Source: Eledone cirrhosa
Lineage: Eukaryota
Direction: 5' to 3'
Assembly (NCBI GenBank): GCA_964016885.1
Contig: OZ024752.1
Span: 1,240,001-1,304,000 of the forward strand
DNA length: 64,000 nt
Shown: in pieces, positions 53,621-64,000 of the stretch
How the letters are laid out: the number at the start of each line of letters is the position of its first letter
Position numbering within the stretch: position 1 is the stretch's first letter
The notes under the pieces: model-generated
What the model saw: only the letters and a program-made list of their open reading frames with translations
What the model was told of the DNA's origin: nothing
Database searches by the model: none
Program-made: the position numbers and the translations under genes

Positions 53621-55764
53621 AGTAAGTATGTAGGTAAATATTTATTTCAACACATCCGCACACATATATTTGCGTGTGATTAAATGCGGGTATTCCGTCA
53701 CAACTGTATGCGTATACAAATAGTGAATGGGGTAGATATACACATAATTTAGGTTTTGTATATATGTATTTGCATATACATTGAAGCGTACAAGTTCCAT
53801 AGCATTTATAATATAAGTAACATTCTGATATTTGCCTAAGACTTTAGTGATATCTGAATAGTCTAACAACTTTAATATTAAGTAAATGTCAATGTGGTTA
53901 TACAAACATGTTACAGAAACGCAATGTTTATTTTTGTTTTATAGCTGTGAAACAGATATTTAGTATTGATGTCGGGATCTTTTCAATATGTAACTTTGTT
54001 ATTTCCAAACTATGTATGATGCCTGGATATAAATCAACAAAATTCAATTATGCTTTCTATTCGTTATTGTAATTTAAATTAATTAATTCTTTATTCATAT
54101 TTGCTAATAATATGCAACGCTCCGGGTTCATGCGAAAAGTCGCGGCTATGTATCAATTTAATTTGAATTTATATCAATATCTTATAACAATAAATAATGT
54201 TTTATTTCATTTTGTTTCAATTTCTATAACCACTCATTTCAATTCATACAGAATTGGATAGTTTTTGAAAGACTTACGATTGTTTTGTTATTTCAGAATA
54301 TAGTTGTATTGCAAACATCCTTTCTATATTCCAAGGTTAGCTAAAAACAAATTCTATATTCAAAAGTAAATATATGAAACAGAACACAAATCAAGTTAGA
54401 CACAGGCAGAACGCATTACATTGTATGTATGTATCCAACATTCAGTGAATGAATGACTAAAACTTAATAAAACTCTAAACATCAGTATAATATATGCATG
54501 GAACTTTCGTTGAGAGATAGATAGATGTATAGATAGATAGATAGAGAGAGAGAGAGAGTACGTAGCAACATTGACTACGCAAATGAAAATAGATATTGTA
54601 ACAATGATAGAGGGTTATATGGCAGATAGAGGAAACTTTTGTTTAGAAGACATGAATTCATTATTTGGACATATTTTTTCGTAAATGATGGTTGCCATAG
54701 CTAAGGGAATGAAGTGGTAAACAGTTCTAAAATACGGCACCAGTTTTATGGAAAGATTTTCTGCAACAGTGACCTTGGAAGAGAGACTAATCAGAACGTT
54801 ATTGTTTTTTTATACTCTTAAAGGTTATCGCTTGACATTGATTTATAATAAATATTCAGTAGAATTAAAGCTTAGGTCAGACTTGTAGAAAGAAATAGTT
54901 CAACAGAAATATCTCGCTCCATTCTGTCTAACGTAGATTTGATTGAAAACAGTAAAAATGTAAACGAAATAATTGTATATCAATATTCACCTAATAAATA
55001 AAACATACGAAACGAAAATGACATTAAATCAAGAAATAATATATATATATATATTTCTATTCTATTTATTCTTAAATTATTGTCTACATTCACATTTTGA
55101 AACAGGCTACGTTATACAATTTATCAAGCGACATAATATCATCAACAGCAACATTGGGTAATACAATTAATAATCAGATAACAATAAGTGTAGACACAGA
55201 ACTTTAGATAGGAAATAATATTATGCCTAACCAGTAATTAGCAACAGGAATGACATTGTTAATACACGTGAACATGAGGTCTGACGGTTCAGTCACAACG
55301 TCGACTTACTGAGAGAATAATAGTGGTTTCAGGTAGTCGAAATACTAGTTTATACATGAGGCAGCAGGTTTTGATGAATAGTGACCGTAGACAAAATTGA
55401 AAACTTTAATTGATTGTCATTTGTTTTATTGAATGCAGTCAGATTAACATTACAGTAGAACTTGGCTAACTCATGACCTCATCAAGAGTAAATTTGTCTT
55501 TCAACACTCCAAAATGGACAAAACGAGTATCACCCACGTATAATTGAAAAATAATAACAATGCCATCCAGGAGTTTTATGAACGAGTCTGTAAGTTAGAA
55601 ATGGAAAATAATATTGACAGTCAGCAAAATAATGCAGTAAATGTTTTGCAGTTTGGTCCTTTTACGACTCGAGTTCAAGTCCTTCAAAAACAGTTCATTA
55701 TTCTAAACTAATTATCAGGCAAGTCCTTTTGATATTTCAGTCAAGTATATATATTCCTCAGCGA

Positions 55765-56012
55765 AACTTGCGTATGTGACAGATGGAAATGTGAATGTAA
55801 ATATACTTTGTACACACACACATAGTTATATATAAATATATATATATAAATATATATATATTTTAAAAAATAGAGGTGTAACACACGAGTTGTGATATAT
55901 TAGTAAAAGGAAAAGAAAATGCTGACAAATTTTTCACTGGGAAAAATTTGTCAGAATTTTCTTTTTCTTTTACTAATATATCACAACTCGTGTGTTACAT
56001 CTCTATTTAAAA

Positions 56013-56060
<48 letters not shown>

Positions 56061-56125
56061 ACTGTGTGTGTGTGTACAAAGTATATTTACATTCACAACA
56101 TTTCCATCTGTCATATACGCAAGTT
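55765..56125. repeat. ~360-bp palindrome
   Basis: AACTTGCGTATGTGACAGATGGAAATG...CATTTCCATCTGTCATATACGCAAGTT, centre ~55938. Confidence 0.9.
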
Positions 56126-56334
56126 ACAGTGAGGTTTTATCTAAAGACATTTTATCCAATTCCAACCCGCCCATACCTTCAATCTATCTTATTTCTCATT
56201 CCTTCTTCTGATAAATGTCCGAAACGTTAAACCCTCTTCTTGCTATTTCAAGCGTTAACCTAATATATCCCTTCCGTATACTGTACCGATTGTGTTATTT
56301 CTGTTTACCTTTTACACACACACTCACATATATA

Positions 56335-56860
56335 TATATTATTCAAAATATTAATAAATGAAAAATATTCTCATAATCAAAATATATATTTTATTATACA
56401 TATGTCAAAGGTACAATGGTGTTAAGTACGCCTTCATCAGACAAAATATAAGATATGATATGCGACATACCGCTACGGTTTTGATTATTGAATTTCAGCA
56501 TTGGCAGTGATTTATTTCACCAACTCTCAACGTCTTTATACCACACATACTATTCTGTGTGGTATAAAAACGTTGAGAGTTGGTGAAATAAATCACTGCC
56601 AATACTGAAATTCAATAATCAAAACCGTAGCGGTATGTCGCATATCATATCTTATATTTTGTCTGATGAAAACGTACTTAAACACCATTGTATCTTTGAC
56701 ATATGTATAATAAAATATATATTTTGATTATGAGAATAATTTTCATTTATTAATATTTTGAATAATATTAAATACTCCAGGAAAATCTATTGTCGAGTGC
56801 TTCTAATCTATTGTAAAATTGTATTCGTTGAATTAATCAACGAACCATATTAATCTTTGG

Positions 56861-56862
<2 letters not shown>
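56335..56862 (+). mobile_element. Fold-back element (palindrome 56335-56769, tail, (TA)n) with two hammerhead motifs
   Basis: TATTTTGT-CTGATGA-stem II-GACA-TATGTA-TA|ATAAAATA at 56655-56717 (+) and 56387-56448 (-); GAAA>GACA in both arms. Confidence 0.8.
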
Positions 56863-56918
<56 letters not shown>

Positions 56919-56987
56919 AAAAAGAGATGAAATCGAAAATGCAACTGGAGTCTTATTTTTAAAAAAAATATATATATTTATTTGGTT

Positions 56988-57022
56988 CCTTTACCGGTTT
57001 CGCAGTTCTGCTTTTCAAAAGG
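56988..57022 (-). ncRNA. Minimal hammerhead, U3-A8 variant
   Basis: CCTT-TTGAAAA-GCAG AA CTGC-GAAA-CCGG-TA|AAGG. Confidence 0.75.
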
Positions 57023-57100
57023 TGAGTTGAGATGGGGGGTCTGTGGTTTTTCTCACAGAGAAAAATGTGAGAAAAACCACAGACCCTCCATCTCAACTCA

Positions 57101-57138
57101 CCTTTTGAAAAGCAGAAGAACTGCGAAACCGGTAAAGG
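57101..57138 (+). ncRNA. Minimal hammerhead, U3-A8 variant
   Basis: CCTT-TTGAAAA-GCAG AAGAA CTGC-GAAA-CCGG-TA|AAGG. Confidence 0.78.
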
Positions 57139-57270
57139 AACCAAATAAATATATATATTTAAAAAAAAAATAAGACTCCAGTTGCATTTTCGATTTCATC
57201 TCTTTTTCTTTATACTTTCACTCGTGTAGGACACCTCGGTTATTTTTCATTTTGTAAAAAAAACCTCACG

Positions 57271-57329
<59 letters not shown>

Positions 57330-57654
57330 AAAAAATGAAATTTCATTTCTCACTCTTAGTACGGCTGATACTTAAATATAAGTATGTATACGTACATACA
57401 TATATGTGTGCATGTAAGTATGTATACGTACATACATATATGTGTGCATGTATATACATACATACATGCACACATATATATATATATATATGTACGTATG
57501 GGTTTACTGAATATTTATTATAATGCTCGGTTTGTTTTTAAACAATAAATATATATATATATATATAGGTAAGTTATTCCGGGTTGAATCGGAGGTAACC
57601 ATAGTAAGTAAGGTACTCAATACATAGCAGAGTATACATGTTTTAATATAGATG

Positions 57655-57705
57655 AGATTCTACAGGACTAGAACTGTTTCATTCTTTAGAAATCATCAGG
57701 AATCC
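57655..57705 (-). ncRNA. Type-I hammerhead in palindrome 57640-57766 (tail 57568-57640)
   Basis: GGATTC-CTGATGA-TTTCTAAAGAAT-GAAA-CAG ttctagtc CTG-TA|GAATCT. Confidence 0.75.
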
Positions 57706-57909
57706 CTGATGATTTCTAAAGAATGAAACAATTCTAGTCCTGTAGAATCTCAACTATATTAAAACTATATATATATATATATAAGATCCCGTTAAGGGTG
57801 AAAGCAGCGATTCTTTGCTTAAACTTTAATCTGTTATTTTAATAAATATATATATATATATATATTTACGATATTAAACAAATGGAAACTATATTTATAA
57901 AACCATATT

Positions 57910-57975
57910 TATTTCATTATACATATTTCAGGGATACCATATTAAAAATATGGCATGCCTTCGTCAGATAAAATA
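57910..57975 (-). ncRNA. Type-I hammerhead in inverted element 57867-58205
   Basis: TATTTTAT-CTGACGA-AGG c ATGCCATAT tttta ATATGGTAT c CCT-GAAA-TATGTA-TA|ATGAAATA. Confidence 0.8.
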
Positions 57976-58201
57976 CAATATATAAACAGTTTTATAAATA
58001 AATAATTTTGACGTACCATAATATAAGCGACCATTAAATTAGGAGGCTGCCTTGGTAGTATAATGAAATAAATATGGTTTTATAAATATAGTTTCCATTT
58101 GTTTAATATCGTATATCTACTCCCAAAAATTGTCGAGTGCTTTATATCAGTTATAAAATATTTACTTGTTGTAACCCAACAATTTTAAATAAAACTTTTG
58201 C

Positions 58202-58263
<62 letters not shown>

Positions 58264-59366
58264 CTGAATACTGATGCATCGAGGCATTTTTGTTATTTGT
58301 ATGTTGCAAAACCTACGGTCAGAACTTAAGGTTTCAACGGATATGAGATTGTTTGGTTGTGAGTAGTCACACTATAAACTCGTTCTAGTATAAACATTGC
58401 GTGTGTAATTATAACAAGAAGAAATAGGGAATACAGAACAATTACGTAAATAAATCAATAGTTAATGTCCTTCAAATGTTTTTATAAAAATTACCAAATA
58501 AAGTACAACGAAAAATACATAAACTTTCTCTTCATTTAATTAATTTTAAGACCTTTTTCTGAATGAGTATTGTACCCATCACATTAATTTACATATATGC
58601 AAATTAATTAATTTTAATGTTTAAATTTAATTAGAAAGCAACTAGAAATATTTTTTCAGTGTTAATTCAAATAGAAATATCTGCATATATTCTGCCTTAA
58701 GGAAAAAGTAATGTAAATTGATAAAAACATAATTTTAGCAGCTACTTTCATCTGAATCTTTTTTTGGGGGGAGGGGGGAGGGGGGGGGGGGGTAGTTAAA
58801 ATAATGCCCCTTTCTGGTTTATAAAATACCGTGTGATTTCCTCTATACGTATTATTTTCTGTATTTTATTAGTAATTTCAAATTGAATGATATCGTATTC
58901 CACGTAACATTCCAATTAAATATATTCAGTATTCTGAATGTACTATAAATCTATGTAATATATGTCAAATAGTTATTTGTTTTTTTATTCAAAGAAACGT
59001 AAGGGTTTTTCAAATAAACTACACAAAATGTTGCATAAAGTTTTAAGGCCATTAAAGAACGATGATCGAAAAAAAAAAAAAATCCGGAATCTGAATTTCC
59101 CCTGAGTGTAATCCCGAACGTCGATGCAGAAATACTGATGTTCTCAGGTGAGAATGGAGCAGTTAAGGGTAGAACAATATTAATTTAAAAATGACAAAAC
59201 ATAGGAACATTTTTCTGCTTCCTGCATCACAGTATGTTTGATATATCCTTCTCGCTGGTCTTTACTCAAGTTTTACAAAATAATAGTAATGTGTTTAATT
59301 CTACATGTAATTTTGTCCGTGATTGCATATACATACATATATTCATACACAAGTGCATACACACAG

Positions 59367-59434
<68 letters not shown>

Positions 59435-59445
59435 ACACATACACG

Positions 59446-59513
<68 letters not shown>

Positions 59514-59517
59514 TAAT

Positions 59518-59721
59518 AATAATTGTTTCTACTTTTGGCACCAGGCCACCAATTATCCCACTGTATTACTGGTACTTTATTTTATTATTTTATCGACCCC
59601 GTAAGGATGAAAGGCATGGTTAACATCGGCGGGATTTGAACTCAGACCGTAAAGGGACGTAACTCTTTTTTGCTGCAAAGCATGGCGTCCGACCCTCTAC
59701 CGATACTGCCAATCCACCGCC
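59518..59721 (-). mobile_element. tRNA-derived SINE copy
   Basis: Homologous to 26934-27123; (TAA)n beside the head. Confidence 0.85.
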
Positions 59722-59836
59722 TTTGTAATAATAATAATGAATACAAAGACCAAAATTCACAGAAGAATCGATATATAAACCTGCAGATCGAATATGTGTT
59801 ATTACTACAGATTAAAAGTTTAAGCAAACAATATAT

Positions 59837-59911
<75 letters not shown>

Positions 59912-60159
59912 TGTGTGTGTGTGCGTGTGTGCGTATGTGTGTGTCTATTCCTTGATCCTTCTGTTATTTTTGTGCAATGAAGCTCTGATCATTTGCTTTC
60001 ATTTCCATGTTGAAGGTGGTGGTCGATGTTGAACATTTTGCTGGTAGACTTGGTCTTCCTTATGCTCATTATGTTCCCAATGCTGGTGTTGTTTTGGTTT
60101 CGAGGCAATCGTAGTATAGGAAACAGAGGGATGATTTATTATATACACGTATTGTATAC

Positions 60160-60275
60160 GCGTGAGGCTGAATGGTTAGAGAATTGGATTCACGATCTTG
60201 AGGTTGTGAGTTCGATTCCTGGACCGGGCGATGCGTTATGTCCTTGAGCAAGACACTATATTGCACGCTGTTCCT
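60160..60275 (+). mobile_element. SINE head (tRNA A/B boxes plus CORE-like segment), truncated
   Basis: AGGCTGAATGGTTAGA, GAGTTCGATTCC, GTCCTTGAGCAAGACAC. Confidence 0.65.
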
Positions 60276-60365
60276 TCTACCTGGAGTTGCGACCGATAGA
60301 TAGTACTAGCAACTGGAAGTACCAACGGAGACATTATTTCCTCGGTCCGATTTGACGGAAATCGG

Positions 60366-60410
<45 letters not shown>

Positions 60411-60589
60411 GTGTGGATAAAAGGGTATGTACTGGCTGTTAACACGGGTAGGATTACAGCTGTTTCTCAAACTTTCTATTGCAAATGATATTGAATTTCA
60501 CCTTTCCAAGTAAATCAGAGGAGGAATCGTTGGAATGCATTCAGGTGTGAGTAGTACCTTTCTTACAATCGACGGCAGCAATACCTTAG

Positions 60590-61140
60590 AGGATCATGGG
60601 AGCAGAGTCCTGAAACGCTCGTTCCAGCGGGTCCTGTCAGAAGCAACCGTCTCCAACTGATCCGGTTGGATACCCAAGCGAGACCAGCCAAGCTCAAGGA
60701 TGTTATCCAACCATCTTGCTCGATGTGAACCCCTGGGTCATCTGTAGGTTGGTTTTGTCGGTAAAATCTGTCCAGCGATTCTTTCCTGAATCATTCTAAC
60801 CACATGCCCATAGTATCGGATGTGTGATCTCTCAAATCAAAGAAGTAGTGGCTCCACCACGAGTCACCCTCTGATCTCCAAGCTACGCATTCTGTCGAGT
60901 ACATTACTCCAGAGATCCTCCGGAGGAACTCCATGTCTGCCACTTGTGACAATAGATGAGGGTTGGTATGAATACCGTGAACACGGCCCCGAAATACTTA
61001 AACTTCTTCACTTGCTTCAGTGGAACTTCATTTAAATGTACAGTGCACAGCGTAGGGTTCATTGAGAGGAGAGTGTCTCAGTTTCCGCAGCACTGATTTT
61101 CATACCAGCCATGCAGCACTCGGCATCAAACCTATCGATT
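60590..61140 (-). mobile_element. RTE-clade LINE fragment
   Basis: Homologous to 14730-15170; minus strand includes QVKKFKYFG-like motif. Confidence 0.7.
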
Positions 61141-62142
61141 TTACACCCGCCAGTCACGATACTAATTCCAGACCGGCTGATATAATATTTAAAATATATA
61201 CTCTCTCACATGTGACAATCATGATCAAATCAAGGAAATCGAAGCCAGAAATACTCACCGTTTCCTAGTGTAAGTTTGAATACTTCGTATATCTATATGG
61301 TATCTTTCTATGTTATTTAATAAAATATATTTTCAAATTAATATCCATTCGTTATGGAAACAAGCCTTCTATGACACATTGTTGGCTGTTTCACCAATAT
61401 AAATGCCAAATAAGAAGCATTGATTAATAATCATGTACTTTAAATCCCCTACAACATATTAAATAACCCTGAAGGAATCTTACGTCCTTGGCGCACAGCC
61501 AACTATTTGCATTCATTTATATGAATGTAAAGCGCGTTGTTGATCAAACGGACATTTTGCGATAATTAATAACTTATAGTACACTTAATAAGAAATACAA
61601 TCCATATTCAACGTTAAGGCGAAATTTATCGTAGCAATATATTGATTTCAATCCAATGTCGATGTATGAAATTAAAATATTATTGGATAGATGTTACAGA
61701 ACGTACACGAGGCTGTATGAACGATTATTACATACAGAATATCATCTGCTAGATTTCTTCATCTATATTTTAGTAGTGTTACTGTTACTTGTAGTGTGGT
61801 TAGATTTAATATGAAATATATACAACAACTATTGGTTTCCAACTATATGGTCAGATGTAAAATAAGGTCATGTGGGTTAACGAGAGGCCCTTGCGGAAAT
61901 AATTCTCCCTATTATATATCGAATATTTGAAGGAAGGGACACTATTCATTAACCTTTTCTCATAACTTACAGTTTATCGAATTGGAAGATATGCTAATCA
62001 GTCAAGAGCTAAATTATCATAGCGGGGAATGGAAATGAAGAAGAGAATTGAGAGATAGATAGAGAGAGTATATAAAAGAAAAGGAAATGGAGAAATTTAT
62101 AATTCGAAGTAGATTCATATACATATATATGAAAATACTTCA

Positions 62143-62216
<74 letters not shown>

Positions 62217-62219
<3 letters not shown>

Positions 62220-62460
62220 AAGTTATATTTAAAATTGTTGGGTTACAACTAGTAAATATTTATAACTGATATAAAAGCACTCGACAAATACTTGGAGTAT
62301 ATTTACAATATTAAATAAATGGAAAACTATATTTATAAAACCATATTTATTTCATTATATATATTTCGGGGATATCATATTAACAATATGCTATGCCTTC
62401 ATCAGACAAAATACAATATAAACAGTTTTATAGATAAATATATTCGACATACCGTAATAA
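62217..62460 (-). mobile_element. Hammerhead-bearing element of the 57867-58205 family, ending at (TA)n
   Basis: Hammerhead 62348-62413: TATTTTGT-CTGATGA-stem II-GAAA-TATATA-TA|ATGAAATA; tail homologous to 58057-58200. Confidence 0.8.
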
Positions 62461-62696
62461 ACATCAACTTCATTTGAAGAGGTTTACTCTAGCAGTGAAA
62501 ATACAGAGAGAAAGAAAGAGAGAGAGAAAAGAGGGAAATAAGAAAGAAAGAAAGACAAAACGAAGAAAAGGAAGAAAAAGAAGAAAAAGAAGAAAAAGAA
62601 AAAGAAGAAATGCATGGGACAAAATAGAGAGATGGAAAAATAGATAAAGCGAAGAGCTTCATGTAAAGAGACAGAAAGAGATATATATATATACAC

Positions 62697-63605
62697 ATCT
62701 CCTCTTAGAATCTCTCACCGAATTGCACCGAAATTGCTATACTTGTACATTGAGCCCTAGCGAAGACATCGGAAAAAAAAATTTCAAATTCACCCACCCT
62801 ATGTGACGAAATCGAATATAATGTATCGATTTTTGAGCGTAAGTTATCAGTTATTTCCCTTTGTTCTGTTTACATTGAGCGTCTTACGTAAAAAATTACG
62901 CTGGCTTTAACAGTTGTCGAGCCAGCAAAATATTGACCTGCAAAATTCATCAGTTCGAACACTAAGCTTCCGTTTTGCTTCATTTCCATTTAAAAGCATT
63001 TTAAAACAATATTTTTACTTGAAAACTATTTAAAGACTACGTAAAACAAGCAAATATTTCGTCGTTAGGCGTGCAGACAGACAGTCGTGCAGACAGACAG
63101 TCGTGCAGACAGACAGTCGTGCAGAGAGGTGATATACGCGTGCAGACAGACAGTCGTGCAGAGAGGTGATATAGGCGTGCAGACAGATAGTCGTGCAGAG
63201 AGGTGATATAGGCGTGCAGACAGACAGTCGTGCAGAGAGGTGATATAGGCGTGCAGACAGACAGTCGTGCAGAGAGGTGATATAGGCGTGCAGACAGACA
63301 TAACTGATAATTTGGTTACGCTAATGTTTTTCTCTGCGTTGCAGTGTTTACATTTTCGATCTTTGTTAATAAATAACCAGTGCAGTTTCTATCCCCAGCA
63401 TCCTCTTTTGTTATAACATTCGGGTTATCGTTATGTTTTCTTAACTTCATAAGGCATATTGTTGGTTGAGGCAATATTAATCAAAAACACCACATGCAAG
63501 TCTGCACAGTAGACACTACAGTTTTTAAGCCAAAAAAGAAACTTAACATTGTAACTTTAACACAGCTACTAAGCGACCCCGAGCAACGCCGGGCTTTACT
63601 GCTAG
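62697..63605 (+). mobile_element. Non-autonomous Helitron (5' boundary approximate)
   Basis: 3' hairpin CCCGAGCAACGCCGGG (63578-63593), then CTAG|T at 63602-63606; internal minisatellite. Confidence 0.65.
63067..63300. repeat. 37-bp minisatellite built from 16-bp subunits
   Basis: GTGCAGACAGACAGTCGTGCAGAGAGGTGATATAGGC. Confidence 0.92.
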
Positions 63606-63831
63606 TTTATTATAAATTAAGACATTTAAAAAAAAAAAATTCTTTTAATTTTTTTTAATTTTTTTTAATTTATAAATTTCCGGTTGGTTGGTTGGTTCTT
63701 AATTTATAATAAATTGGAGTGAAAGCAACTGGTGCGTGTGTTTCTTATTGGCAACATGACCCTCCAAAAGTATAACAATATCGGTTTCAACACATGTTTT
63801 CAGATAAAGAATCTTGCTAAACAAATTCAGA

Positions 63832-63889
<58 letters not shown>

Positions 63890-64000
63890 GTAGAGGTTAT
63901 ATTTAATTTGTTGGGATACAACACGCAAAATATTTTTATAACTGATATAAAGCAATCAACAAATTATTGGAGTAAATATACAATATATTAACAAATGGAA
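63890..64000 (-). mobile_element. Further copy of the 62217-family tail, cut by window end
   Basis: Homologous to 62217-62325; abuts (TA)n. Confidence 0.7.

Larger units (their letters stand above)
56912..57277 (+). mobile_element. Fold-back element (palindrome ~56912-57214, tail, (TA)n) with two U3-A8 hammerheads
   Basis: Near-perfect ~145-bp arms, centre ~57061. Confidence 0.85.

Noticed and set aside
60448-60470. Minus-strand GAAA-CAGCTG-TA (similar motif at ~48775-48790, and CTGATAA..GAAAC at ~56208)
   Set aside because: Only partial motifs without a matching core or stem I, so they were not called ribozymes.

Overview
AT-rich, microsatellite-dense animal DNA with no convincing host protein-coding gene. 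The tRNA-derived SINE family and repeat landscape suggest a cephalopod (Octopus-like) genome, which is an inference. Most ORFs in the track are microsatellite read-throughs. Recognisable mobile DNA: three decayed R4/Dong-type RLE LINEs, a near full-length L1/Tx1-clade LINE with satellite 3' fragments clustered in (TAA/TTA)n tracts, RTE and mariner remnants, tRNA-derived SINEs, a hAT-Charlie MITE with TSD, a non-autonomous Helitron, and a 2.5-kb 37-bp satellite. The main signal is non-coding. About 15 type-I hammerhead ribozyme motifs (plus half-motifs) from several sequence families sit in short elements, most of them beside (TA)n tracts and many built as long fold-back palindromes followed by a unique tail. 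They include U3-A8 compensatory core variants, self-complementary stem III segments suited to dimeric folding, and extended stem II domains. Nearby Penelope-like coding remnants suggest these are Penelope-like element ends or non-autonomous retrozyme-like derivatives that favour (TA)n. All folds were derived by eye and are untested.
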